NCBI GenBank assembly: GCA_016218725.1
Contig: JACRDB010000023.1
Span: 4,479 to 68,478, forward strand
DNA from: Deltaproteobacteria bacterium
Lineage (GTDB): Bacteria > Myxococcota_A > Polyangia > Polyangiales > Ga0077539
DNA: 64,000 bases
Direction: 5' to 3'
Below the pieces are notes generated by a model. The model worked only from the letters and a program-made list of their open reading frames with translations. It had not been told where the DNA came from and did no database searches. Numbering within the stretch: the first letter of the stretch is position 1; every line of letters starts with the position of its first letter. The translations under genes were made by a program, and so were the position numbers. Below are positions 45,172 through 54,810 of this stretch, one piece after another.

Positions 45172-46482
45172 ATGCGTCGGAGCGTCCCGGAGCTGCTGCT
45201 CGCCAAGAGGAACGGCCAGGCCCTGGAGCCCGACGAGGTCCGGGGGCTCATCCAGGGCTTCGTCCGGGGCGAGGTGCCGGACTACCAGCTCTCGGCCTTC
45301 GCCATGGCCGTGTACTTCAAGGGCATGACCCGGGAAGAGACCGTGGCCCTCACCCTCGCCATGCGGGACTCCGGCGTCGTCGTGGACCTCTCGGAGGTGA
45401 GCGCCCTCAAGGTGGACAAGCACTCCACCGGCGGCGTCGGGGACAAGGTCTCGCTGGCCCTCGCACCCCTGGTGGCCGCCTGCGGCGTGCCCGTCCCCAT
45501 GTGCTCCGGCCGGGGCTTAGGCCACACCGGCGGCACCCTGGACAAGCTCGAGGCCATCCCCGGCTTCTCCGTGAACCTCCCGCTGTCGCGCTACCGGGAG
45601 ATCGTCCGGGACGTGGGCGCGTGCATGATCGGCCAGACCGCGGAGCTGGCCCCCGCGGACAAGCGTCTGTATGCGCTCCGGGACGTCACCGCCACGGTGG
45701 AGTCCATCCCGTTGATCGTCGCGAGCATCCTGTCCAAGAAGCTCGCCGAGGGCATCGATGGCCTTGTCCTGGACGTGAAATTCGGCTCCGGCGCCTTCAT
45801 GAAATCCGTGGAGGACGCGCGCTCCCTGGCCACGGCCCTGGTGGAGGTCACCCGCGGCGCAGGGAAGAGCTGTGTGGCCTGGCTCACCCGCATGGACCGC
45901 CCCCTCGGCCGCGCCGTGGGCAACGCCCTGGAGACCATCGAGGCCTTCGAGCTCCTCCATGGCCGGGGCCCGGAGGACCTGCGCGAGGTGACCCTCACCC
46001 TCGGGGCGTCCATGCTGCTGCTCGGGGCTAAGGCCCGCTCGGACGCCGAGGCCCGCGAGCGCCTGGAGCGCGCCTTGGGCGATGGCTCCGCGCTCTCCGT
46101 GGCCCGGAGGATGGTCGCGGCCCAGGGCGGCGACCCCCGGGCGGTGGACGACCCGTCGGTGTTCCCGCGGGCGCGGGTGGTGGGCGCGCTCACGGCCACC
46201 CGGGGGGGGTACCTCACCGCCGTAGACACCCACGCGGTGGGCGTGTGCGGCGTGGTGCTCGGGGCGGGCCGCACTCGCGCGGAGGACGTGATCGACCCGT
46301 CCGTGGGCTTCGTCTTCGCGCGCACCGTGGGCGACAGGGTGGAGCCCGGGGACACGCTGGCCACGCTGCACGTGCGCTCCGACGAGGACCTCGCGGTGGC
46401 CCGGGAGCGCCTCGGGCGGGCGTTCACCTACGGCGACCGCGCGCCGGAGCCCGTCCCCCTGGTGCTGGAGCGCGTAGGGTAG
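45172..46482 (+). CDS. deoA: Thymidine/pyrimidine-nucleoside phosphorylase
   Basis: ...VDKHSTGGVGDKVSLALAP..., ...SGRGLGHTGGTLDKLEAIPGF.... Confidence 0.9.
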   Translation: MRRSVPELLLAKRNGQALEPDEVRGLIQGFVRGEVPDYQLSAFAMAVYFKGMTREETVALTLAMRDSGVVVDLSEVSALKVDKHSTGGVGDKVSLALAPLVAACGVPVPMCSGRGLGHTGGTLDKLEAIPGFSVNLPLSRYREIVRDVGACMIGQTAELAPADKRLYALRDVTATVESIPLIVASILSKKLAEGIDGLVLDVKFGSGAFMKSVEDARSLATALVEVTRGAGKSCVAWLTRMDRPLGRAVGNALETIEAFELLHGRGPEDLREVTLTLGASMLLLGAKARSDAEARERLERALGDGSALSVARRMVAAQGGDPRAVDDPSVFPRARVVGALTATRGGYLTAVDTHAVGVCGVVLGAGRTRAEDVIDPSVGFVFARTVGDRVEPGDTLATLHVRSDEDLAVARERLGRAFTYGDRAPEPVPLVLERVG

Positions 46483-46488
46483 CTCCGC

Positions 46489-47286
46489 CTACCTGGGCGT
46501 CCAGGTGTAGCGCGCCGAGAACCCTAGGAACACCTGGGTGTTACCCCCCGCCGCGGGCGTGTACTCCGTGGTGGTGGTGACCGTCTGGTTCACCCCGCCC
46601 ATTTGTATATGGTCGTCCAGCACCGAGGTGGTCCCGGCGCCCACCAGCGGCGTCACCAGGAGCATCACCCCGAAGGCGAGGCCCTGCGTCACCCGGTAGT
46701 CCGCGCCGAAGCCCAGCGGCACGCCCACGTAGCCCGTGGTCCAGACCGCCCGGTCCTGGGCGTCCGCTTCGTAGGTGCGCGTGCGCCGTACGCTCGTCAC
46801 GAAGTCCACCCCGAGGGACCCCCACAGCTCCACCCTCCGCAGGTCCCCCAGGCTGTTGAAGAACACCCTGGGGTTCTGGCGAGACGCCAGGAAGCTCAGC
46901 GGGTACACCCTCACGTGGGCCCCGAAGGCGTACGTACGAAACGCGTCCCGCGCGCCCATGCGCGCCTCCGAGGCGCTGAGCTGCCCGGTGGCCCCCAGCG
47001 CCTGCCAGGAGGCGTGAACCCCCGCGCTCACAAAGGGGAAGAGCCTCCAGCCCACGGCCCCCCAGGCCGCGAAGCCCGTACCGTCAAACGCCCCTAGCGC
47101 GGGGTTGCCCGCGGTGAACTGCCGGGACTCCAGGAACACCTCGTCGGTGCTGTTCCCGAAGAACCCTACCCCCGGCGAGAGCACCAGCTCCAACCCCCGC
47201 TCGCCCTCGTGGTCCGGGTGCGTCGCCCGCGCCACCGAGGGAAAGACCAGGACACCGACAAGAACCCACACCGCGCGCGACTTCAC
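46489..47286 (-). CDS. Putative outer-membrane beta-barrel protein
   Basis: Signal peptide MKSRAVWVLVGVLVFPSVARA. Alternating beta-strand-like pattern ending ...FLGFSARYTWTPR. No family recognised. Confidence 0.55.
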   Translation of the reverse strand: MKSRAVWVLVGVLVFPSVARATHPDHEGERGLELVLSPGVGFFGNSTDEVFLESRQFTAGNPALGAFDGTGFAAWGAVGWRLFPFVSAGVHASWQALGATGQLSASEARMGARDAFRTYAFGAHVRVYPLSFLASRQNPRVFFNSLGDLRRVELWGSLGVDFVTSVRRTRTYEADAQDRAVWTTGYVGVPLGFGADYRVTQGLAFGVMLLVTPLVGAGTTSVLDDHIQMGGVNQTVTTTTEYTPAAGGNTQVFLGFSARYTWTPR

Positions 47287-47308
47287 AAGGCCCGGGACTG
47301 TCGCACAC

Positions 47309-47340
47309 TCCCCCCGGGGTCGTCACCCCCGGCGAGGTCG
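47309..47340. repeat. Degraded copy of the kinase-gene 3'-end repeat (core tccccccggggtcgtcacccc)
   Basis: 47309-47329 is identical to 54995-55015. The following ~10 nt are related with indels. Confidence 0.7.
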
Positions 47341-47420
47341 GCGGGACGGATTGACACGCGGCGGTGGGGGTGGCAACATGTTGGGGGAGCCAACCAAACA
47401 AGCAGTGTTTTCCCACAGCC

Positions 47421-49016
47421 TCAGGGCCGTGAGACACGGCGCAGCGTGGTGCCCTCACCGACGAAGATCTCCGAGGGTCGGTCGCCGTCCAGTACGAGCA
47501 CCTCCTGGGCGGTCCTCGCCACCACCCAGGCGCCGAGCTGACAGCCCGTCAGGGTGACGGGCGGCGCTCCCTCCGGCGATGGGGCCGTCGCAGAAAAGAC
47601 CGAATACCTCGGCGGAGGCGAAGTCACCGAGGGCCGAGGCTCGGCGCTCGAGATCGCTCCGCTGCGCGGCTGGTGCTCGACCTGGAGAAGCGTCAACCCG
47701 GGCGCCGCGGGGGGAAGAGCACCCCGCCCCACGACGCCCGTCGTTGCGTCCAGGATGCATACAAGTCGCTCGCTTGTGGAGCGGCAGTGATTGATCGTCG
47801 CGGCCGTCGCCGCGCCGGATCCCGGCCCCGGCGACGCCAGGACCACGTCAGCCCCCTCCTCCGGGAGGCGGCCGTCTCCGATGTAGGTGTTGTCGAAGCT
47901 GCACCCTTGCACCAACATGCTCCCGGCCTCGGCCCGCAGCATCCAGCGCGCGGAGCCCTCGAAGACACACGACGCGACGCGCACCCCCAGGGACCTGCTC
48001 CCCCTCACTTCCACGCCGTTTGCGGCGATGTTCTGGACGCCCCAGACCACAACCCGGCAGCCATCAAGGGTGAGCCCCGGGACAGCGGTCGAGGCCGCGA
48101 AGGACTCCGGAAAGCTACCTTCCAACGCCTGGGAGTGGTGGCTGTCGCCGTCCGCCCAGAGCACCCTGGCGCCGAGCTGGCGCTCCGTTGCGCCCTCGAA
48201 CAGACACCCGCGGAAGAGCATGTCACGCAGCGGCGCGAAGCGTATACCCTGGCTGTTGACCACAAACGGGAGGTTCAGCACGGCTACGCAGGTCGGCGCC
48301 CGCCGCTCCGCCGAGAAGGACACGCCCTCGACGGTGGCGCCGGAGACGCCCCCAAGCCACAAGAGCGCCGGACCCGTGAAGCCAGGGGCCGCCAGGAGGT
48401 TGGGTCCTCGGCCGTCGGGGAGGCCGCCGCCGTAGGTCCCTCGGAGCAGGAGGCCCTCGGTGGCGGGCCTGCCGTCTCCGGTGTCCCCCTGCACCACGAC
48501 GGCCTCGGTCAGGGCGTAGGACCCGGTCAGGACCACCGGCAGCGGGGGGATGCCCTCAAGGACGCGGCGCCTCCACGCCGTCTCGATTGCGTCGGAGATC
48601 GCCCGAGCCACATTGATGGGCCTCCTCGGGACTCCGCGGGTCGTCGGCTGAACGGCCCCAAACCACTCAGGATATACCTCCCTCGGACCCAGCGATGGGA
48701 ACTCCCTGGAGCCCAGTTGCAGCACGCCAGGGAGCACCTCGTGGTGGAGCTCGAAGAGCTGGTGAAGCCCTGCCTGGAGCGGCCCCTGGATCACCAGACG
48801 CGAGGCGGCGCCGAGCACCACCACGGCCCCAGGCGCGAAGACCAGCTCCAGCCAGGGAGGGAGCACCATCTCTCCAAAGAAGACGTAGGTCCCCGGCTGG
48901 AAGTAGACCAGCAGGGCGCTCGTGGGAGGCGCGCTCGCCGCGAGGGTGAGGAGCCCCGCCCAGTGCGCGTCCGGCGAGAGTAGGAGCGTAGGAGGATCCG
49001 AGACCTGCGCCTCCAT
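47421..49016 (-). CDS. Beta-helix paralogue A (pectate-lyase-superfamily-like), no signal peptide
   Basis: 531 aa. ...ALLVYFQPGTYVF...LVFAPGAVVVLG...GPLQAGLHQLF...REVYPEWFGA..., then a Gly/Val-rich repeat region. ATGA overlap with the upstream gene. Confidence 0.7.
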   Translation of the reverse strand: MEAQVSDPPTLLLSPDAHWAGLLTLAASAPPTSALLVYFQPGTYVFFGEMVLPPWLELVFAPGAVVVLGAASRLVIQGPLQAGLHQLFELHHEVLPGVLQLGSREFPSLGPREVYPEWFGAVQPTTRGVPRRPINVARAISDAIETAWRRRVLEGIPPLPVVLTGSYALTEAVVVQGDTGDGRPATEGLLLRGTYGGGLPDGRGPNLLAAPGFTGPALLWLGGVSGATVEGVSFSAERRAPTCVAVLNLPFVVNSQGIRFAPLRDMLFRGCLFEGATERQLGARVLWADGDSHHSQALEGSFPESFAASTAVPGLTLDGCRVVVWGVQNIAANGVEVRGSRSLGVRVASCVFEGSARWMLRAEAGSMLVQGCSFDNTYIGDGRLPEEGADVVLASPGPGSGAATAATINHCRSTSERLVCILDATTGVVGRGALPPAAPGLTLLQVEHQPRSGAISSAEPRPSVTSPPPRYSVFSATAPSPEGAPPVTLTGCQLGAWVVARTAQEVLVLDGDRPSEIFVGEGTTLRRVSRP

Positions 49017-50863
49017 CAGCGAGGCCTTCGGAGGAGGGGGAGGGCCGGGATCTCCGCGTCCACGCCGACGCCACCCAGACGAAAGAAGGGCGGCGCGAGG
49101 GTGAGCGCGGATCCCAGGGCGCTGGCCCTGCGCAGGACGTGGCCCTCGCGGAAGGACGAGCCGATGTCGGCCACACAGCGCGCGGAGGCGCTGGGGGAGA
49201 GCTGCACCCAGGAGGAGAAGCGACAGCCTACCAGTACCAGGTTCCCGTCCACCGGCGCCAGGCCGCCCCAGCGCACCGAGGGCCCCGCCTCCGTGCCCAC
49301 GGGGGAGTCCCCGAGGTTCACGTCCGAGTGCCTTGTGCCCACCAGCACGGCGTTACGCTGCAGCCGACGCAGGTGCCGCGTCCCCTCCGTCGGCACCGCC
49401 GCCCGAAGCAGCAGGGCCGCGCTCTGGGACTCGCAGCCCAGCATCGTGAGCGCCGCGGGCTCGGGGCTGCGGCGCTCGCTCCAGGCCGTGGTGCCGAAGG
49501 CCTCCAGGAGCGCGTGGTCCTCCGCGGTCGCGCCTCCGTTGGCGCCGAGCACCACGTCCTCGCCGCCGCTCTCGCGGTCCGCGCGAGGTCGGTACGCCAC
49601 GGGCGACGCGGCGTGCAAGTCACACCCGTTGAGCAGCACCGCGCCACCCTCCGCGTGCACGAACGAGCGGAAGTCCCCCGCGGGGTCCGTCGCCGCGAAG
49701 ATGGAAGAGCCCACGTCCACGAAGAGCGACGAGGGGCCCCGCACGTAGAGCCCACGCGGCGTCAGCACCCGGCCCTCCCCGACCGCGTTGAGGCCCCCAA
49801 GGATGAACGCACAGTGGTCAAAGATGTAGCGTGAGGCAGGCTGCGGAGGCGGCTGATCCGGGTCCGAGGGCTCCCCCAGGATGGCCACCGTGGCCACCCG
49901 GCCCCCGTTGAAGGTGCAGTGCGTGAAGCGCCCCGTGACGCTCCGGCCTGGCCCTCCGGCGGTCTGTGCGGGCGGCTCGATCGCCACCGCGGCGGCGAAC
50001 ACCTCCCGCGCGGGCCCCCCCCGTGGGGCGTCCACCAGGAGGGCGATGTGCTGCACGTCAAAGCCACGGCCCGTCAGGATGTTGAGCGCAGGGGGGAGCG
50101 GCTGTGAGGTGGGAGGAGCGCCCGCGCGGGTGAAGAAGAGCCTGCCGTGGGCCTCCCCGGAGGAGCCGATGCCATGGGCGCCGCGCAGCAGGAGCGGGTT
50201 GCCCGGGCTCAGATGCTCTCGCTCCAGCTCAGGGGATAGGGCAGGGCCCTGCCGAGGGACCTTGTCTACGTAGAGGGCTCCTGCCAGCTTGTACTCCCCG
50301 GTCACCATGATCGGGAGGGGAGGGAGCGCGCCACGCAGCACCACCGCGGCGTCAATGGCGGCCTGGAAGCCCTCCTCGGCGTCGAAGCGGCGGGTGGCCC
50401 CGCTGGCCTGCGAGGACGTCGCACCGAACCACTCAGGGTACACCACTGGGATCCGGCGCGACGCGAGGATCACACGCCCATCCTTGGGCGGCCGGTTCGG
50501 CAGCGGGTCCCGCACCTCGCGGCCCTCCTGGGACCCGAAGAGTTGGAAGGGTCCCGCGTCCAGGGACCCCCGGAGCACCAGCGTCACGCCGCCGTAAAGC
50601 TCGATCCGGGCGCCTGGCGCGAACTTCAGCGTGATGTGGTCGGGGATCTCCACGACCGGACCAGCGCTGGCGTCCAAGCGATATGACACGCCATCGCCCA
50701 GGGTCGGGAGGTAGATGATCCCACCGTGAGACAGATCTCGTCCAGGCGTGGGCGGGCCAAGAGCATCTCGGAGGGTTGGAGCCAGATCCTCGAAGGCCTC
50801 CTCCCTGAAGCGGCCACCATCACCATCTGGAAAGAGGACATTTACAAAGGACTTGCCGAACAC
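49016..50863 (-). CDS. Beta-helix paralogue B, no signal peptide
   Basis: 615 aa. ...GGIIYLPTLGDGVSY...LKFAPGARIELYG...GSLDAGPFQLF...PVVYPEWFGATS...FQAAIDAA.... GTG start with GGAGG 6 nt upstream. Confidence 0.7.
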   Translation of the reverse strand: MFGKSFVNVLFPDGDGGRFREEAFEDLAPTLRDALGPPTPGRDLSHGGIIYLPTLGDGVSYRLDASAGPVVEIPDHITLKFAPGARIELYGGVTLVLRGSLDAGPFQLFGSQEGREVRDPLPNRPPKDGRVILASRRIPVVYPEWFGATSSQASGATRRFDAEEGFQAAIDAAVVLRGALPPLPIMVTGEYKLAGALYVDKVPRQGPALSPELEREHLSPGNPLLLRGAHGIGSSGEAHGRLFFTRAGAPPTSQPLPPALNILTGRGFDVQHIALLVDAPRGGPAREVFAAAVAIEPPAQTAGGPGRSVTGRFTHCTFNGGRVATVAILGEPSDPDQPPPQPASRYIFDHCAFILGGLNAVGEGRVLTPRGLYVRGPSSLFVDVGSSIFAATDPAGDFRSFVHAEGGAVLLNGCDLHAASPVAYRPRADRESGGEDVVLGANGGATAEDHALLEAFGTTAWSERRSPEPAALTMLGCESQSAALLLRAAVPTEGTRHLRRLQRNAVLVGTRHSDVNLGDSPVGTEAGPSVRWGGLAPVDGNLVLVGCRFSSWVQLSPSASARCVADIGSSFREGHVLRRASALGSALTLAPPFFRLGGVGVDAEIPALPLLRRPR

Positions 50864-50886
50864 ACTTCACCTCCGATCTCGCCCTT

Positions 50887-52740
50887 TTAGAGCAGACGAG
50901 TCGCTGGCCTCGAAAAAGTACTGACCCTGCGCGCAGTTGCGCCCCCTACACTCTCTGATCCCTCGACGAAGTAGAGGGTGTGAGTTGTGCGGTCCATCAC
51001 AAATACATCGTCTCTCCCGTCCCCATTCATGTCGCCCACGCATGCGAGCTTCCATCCGAACCCCATTTCCCGCTCCAACAGCAGCGCAGGCGTTCGATCT
51101 ACCCCTTCTTCGGTCCCGAGGAAGATCAGGAGCGCCCCGCCACCGAAGTAGTACTGATCCTCAGAAGTTACGCCTCCGTCCGCCCAGCGATCTCGTATCG
51201 GCCAGGCTCCATTGGCCATGGCGAGGTCAAGTCTGCCATCTCCATTGAAGTCCAGACCGCAGCAGTTGTCGCCAAAGTCGAGGCCGAGTTCCCCCGGCGG
51301 TGGAACGAGGGTCGTCCGCGTCGGCAACGGAGGATCCCCAGGACCGCCTCGATACAGATCGATGACGGACTCACCTCCTACGCCAAAATCCGAGTATCCA
51401 TCGGCGTTCCAGTCAACCTGACCAAAGATGGCCATCCCATAGGTCTCGCCTCGGCGCGGGGAGTACAGCATGCTGGGTTGTGCACCCAAGGCGAAAGGAC
51501 CGCCATAGAACACCTTTGCGAACGAGCGCCCATCCCCTCGCCACATGCTCCCAAGGAGGTCCCCATAGCCATCTCTGTTGGTGTCGCCAACCCCCACCAG
51601 TTCATAGCCTACTCGATCGTCATGGTTTCCGCTGAAGACCACCGCGCGGCTCCACGTTAGCCCTCCGGGGCCGCCAAGATAGACTGAAATTTCGGGATTG
51701 GGAGGGTAGTCACTACGAGCGAGATCTGAGAAACCGTCGCCGTTCAAGTCCGACGCAATTGTTCCAGGATAGCCGTAGAAGGACTGCTCTGTTCCATGCT
51801 GAGGAATGATGTTGGTCGGGTCAGGAGAGAGCCCCATTGTCAATCCATGGTAGATAAGCGATGTCTGGTGCCACGGTCCGTCCGGCCGATTCTCCGCAGC
51901 CGCTCCCGTCATTGCGACATCGGCGATCCCGTCACGATTGACATCACCGAACGACAACGAGTCGGCCCTGTATCGCAGCGTGTCCTGCGTGCGCAAGGTG
52001 ATCTGCGGCTCGCCACTCGGGCCACCTGGACCTCCTGTGAAGACAAGGATTTCTGGTGGATTGATGATCCCCACCAGCGCGTCGTCGTAGCCGTCGCCGT
52101 TGAAGTCGCGGAGCCCGCCGTAGGCGAAATCCGTGGGCCTGTCATGGCGGCCCACGACGAACTCCCAGGTTGGCGAGAGGCGCTCTCCGACCTCGCGCTC
52201 GGTGATCCCGCGCAGGCGCCAGAACACCACCCCGGGCGGCAGCCTGGCCGCGGGCCGGAAGGACTCGCCCTCGACGTCCTGGCGCAGGAGCACCCGCTCG
52301 CAGGCACAGTCCAGGCACAGCTCCACCCGCGCTCCGCGCACCCCCGGCGGCAAGGACCACCGCACCGTCGGCCGCTGCGACATCACCTTCATCACCGATG
52401 GTGGGTACAGCGGCCTTGGCGCCGCCAGCGTGGCCCGGACGGCGCGGGGGCGGGTCTCGTCCCGCGTCTCGACCGCCGTCTCACGGTGGCAGTCCGCGGG
52501 CGGCCGCCACACGTCCTCGGCGTCCCGCCACGCGGTCGCGTCCTCTACCCCGCCGCCGAGGTCCTCGGGCGGCGCCTCCTCCGTGACCGCGTCGCGCGCC
52601 GCGGCACGCGGTGGGGTCTCACAGCCCGCGAGCAACGCCATCAACGAGAGCGCGCCTGCCAGGGCGCCGCCACAGGTCGCGGCGCTAGCGTGCACTTCTG
52701 AGCTCTGGGAAGCCATAGACATGGACGGTCCCTGGACCAC
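50887..52740 (-). CDS. Seven-repeat FG-GAP (integrin-alpha-like propeller) lipoprotein with N-terminal Ig-like module
   Basis: Lipobox ...ALSLMALLAGC (start at Met1, Met7 or Met9 is uncertain). Repeats LRDFNGDGYDDALV, FGDVNRDGIADVAM, ASDLNGDGFSDLAR, VGDTNRDGYGDLLG, QVDWNADGYSDFGV, GLDFNGDGRLDLAM and VGDMNGDGRDDVFV. Confidence 0.78.
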   Translation of the reverse strand: MVQGPSMSMASQSSEVHASAATCGGALAGALSLMALLAGCETPPRAAARDAVTEEAPPEDLGGGVEDATAWRDAEDVWRPPADCHRETAVETRDETRPRAVRATLAAPRPLYPPSVMKVMSQRPTVRWSLPPGVRGARVELCLDCACERVLLRQDVEGESFRPAARLPPGVVFWRLRGITEREVGERLSPTWEFVVGRHDRPTDFAYGGLRDFNGDGYDDALVGIINPPEILVFTGGPGGPSGEPQITLRTQDTLRYRADSLSFGDVNRDGIADVAMTGAAAENRPDGPWHQTSLIYHGLTMGLSPDPTNIIPQHGTEQSFYGYPGTIASDLNGDGFSDLARSDYPPNPEISVYLGGPGGLTWSRAVVFSGNHDDRVGYELVGVGDTNRDGYGDLLGSMWRGDGRSFAKVFYGGPFALGAQPSMLYSPRRGETYGMAIFGQVDWNADGYSDFGVGGESVIDLYRGGPGDPPLPTRTTLVPPPGELGLDFGDNCCGLDFNGDGRLDLAMANGAWPIRDRWADGGVTSEDQYYFGGGALLIFLGTEEGVDRTPALLLEREMGFGWKLACVGDMNGDGRDDVFVMDRTTHTLYFVEGSESVGGATARRVSTFSRPATRLL

Positions 52741-54338
52741 CGATGGACTCCATCAAGGTCCGAACACCCGCGAAGGACGGGCCCGCAGCCACGATCGGAC
52801 TACCCCCGGTCACCATGGTCATGAACACTCCTCCGTAGCGCCCTCCAACGACCGTCAACGACGGCTTCCCTCTGTCACTCCGCGCTGCCAGCACGAAGTA
52901 CCCCCACACGATCGATGCCTCCGTGGGGCGCATCTCCGTGCGCTGCCACACATCGATGAGGGTCACCGGGAGGTCCGTACCAACCCTGGCGCGCGGCTCG
53001 AAGTCTCGGTAATAGGTCTCCAGGAAGCGCTTGCTGTGGGTCACGCACTGCATCGCCAGCAGCCCTTGGGGGCGGTGAAGTGGTCGTGGCTCCGCCCTCG
53101 AAGGTCTCGTGGCCCAGGTAGATGTCCGACCCATCCGGCGTCCCGGGGCCCTCGAGCTTCGGCGGGTTCCGAGGCTCCCGGTCATTCCTGAAGCGGCACC
53201 CCTCCACGGTGAAGCTCCCCGCGAGCGCATAGATCATGGCCGCGGCCGTCCCCTCGAAGACACAGCCGGTCACCACCATCGGGAGCGTGTTTCCTGCGCG
53301 AAGCTGAAGGCCGATCCCCTGGTCTTGCACCGGGAAGAACCCACAGCCCTCGAAGCGCAGGCAGAGCAGGTCACCCCCGGAAGGCTCCTTCGCGGGCGGC
53401 GCGCCCTTGGGTCCCCGCGGCTGTCCGACAGCGCCGGCGTTGACCAGCGTGTCCGTCGCGCCCCGGAAGGTGCACCGCCGCAAGGAGCCCGCCTGATCCT
53501 GCCGGGTGGTGCCTGGGCGCGGCGGCGAGATGTCCACCACCACGCAACGCGCGGCGCGGTTCACGGCGTCGAAGACCACGTTCTCAACGGACCAGCCGAA
53601 GACGTCCCGGAGCCGCACAAGCGCCCCGTGGTGCTGCGCCGGGGCTCGGTCCACGAAGCCCGCGCCCGCCACGATGGTACCGACCTCACCGTCCGCGCCC
53701 CGCGTCCCGACGATCTTTGCGCTCGCATTGACCACCTCCGGGAGCTCCGTCGGCTGCGGCAGCGCGTCTCGATAGCCCACCTCGATCGGCGCGCGCACCA
53801 CGTAGCGCCCCGCCAGGGACAGCTCGACGGGCGGGAGCTGGGTCCCGACGCGCGGCCCGAGGCGGCGCAGGTTGCACGCGGCGTCCACGGCGGCCTGGAG
53901 GGCGACGGTGTCGTCTCTGCCAGCACCTGCGCCCCACCACTCCGGGTAGACCCGCGGGAGCTGGTATCCGGTCATGACGACATGGACGCCGTCTGCGTCA
54001 GGAACCCGGAAGAGCTGCCTGGCCCCGTGGGCGATCCCACCTTCGATCTCCAGGATCACCCCTGCGCGAAGGTCCAGGAGCGCCCCGGACTTGAACAACA
54101 TCGTGACGTTGGCGGGCACGTAGACCGTAGGGCGCCAGGCCCGCCCGGCCACGGTCCCCTCCGGCTCCAGGACCAGCGTCTCGGGCACGTAGAGGAAGCC
54201 CCCACCCCGGAAGGTCAGCGCCGCCGCGGCCTTGTTGAGCCGCACCACCGGGGAGTCACCGGGCCGGGGCACCACCGCGGCCGGGCCCTTCCATTCCCCC
54301 AGCACATCAATGAACTCGCGTCGGCTGAAGCCTCCCAC
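52685..54338 (-). pseudogene. Beta-helix paralogue C, split by a frameshift in a C5/G5 run (53068-53072)
   Basis: ORF 52875..54338 carries ...GGFLYVPE...MLFKSGALLDL...GGIAHGARQLF...RVYPEWWGAGAGRDDTVALQAAVDAA.... The C-terminal module conserved in A and B continues in ORF 52685..53230 (LLAMQCVTHSKRFLETYY...). Removing one C from tcaccgcccccaaggg joins them. Confidence 0.6.
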
Positions 54339-54356
54339 CCGCTGCCTCCCGTGTAG

Positions 54357-54755
54357 TTAGAACGACGTGCGGCGCGCGAGCCCCTCGGCGCTGAAGGTGA
54401 GCGTCTCGCCGGTGTTGGCGAAGGTGATCACCCACCGAAGGTACTTCAGGAGCTTTCCGGTGAGGCTCGGCACCGACACCGGATAGAAGCCTGAGACGGT
54501 GATCGTGACCGGGTCCGACGCGGGAATCCAGCTCGACTTGGTCGCCCCCAGGTCGTCGAAGTCCACCTGCATGGAGGTCATGAGCTGGAACGTCGCGTTG
54601 CTCGCGGGCGCCTTCTGGATGAACACCTCGAACTCCATGATCTCGAAGCCGTCCACTCGGGGAGCGCGCGTGATCGACATCGCCCGCACCAGCTCCGGGG
54701 CCGTGGCTCCCGCCGTCACGACCGTCGTCTTCTCCAACAAGAACTCCGTAGCCAT
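54357..54755 (-). CDS. 132-aa orphan protein (all-beta-looking), first gene of the operon
   Basis: ATG at 54755 with AGGAG 9 nt upstream. The ORF-track start at 54815 lies inside the -10 hexamer. MATEFLLEKTTVVTAGATAPELVRAMSITRAPRVDGFEIMEFEVFIQ.... The TAA stop is followed by GGGAGG-6 nt-GTG of the next gene. Confidence 0.6.
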   Translation of the reverse strand: MATEFLLEKTTVVTAGATAPELVRAMSITRAPRVDGFEIMEFEVFIQKAPASNATFQLMTSMQVDFDDLGATKSSWIPASDPVTITVSGFYPVSVPSLTGKLLKYLRWVITFANTGETLTFSAEGLARRTSF

Positions 54756-54810
54756 GATCCCACACTCCTGTGTCCCTGGGAATGGACCGAAGTCCGGGAC
54801 ACCAGAAGCC

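Noticed and set aside
45048-47309. tRNA-Gln as the integration site of the beta-helix island
   Set aside because: Two ordinary-looking genes (deoA and an OMP) lie between the tRNA and the island. I found no duplicated tRNA 3' end and no integrase. The kinase-3'-end repeats explain the boundaries better.
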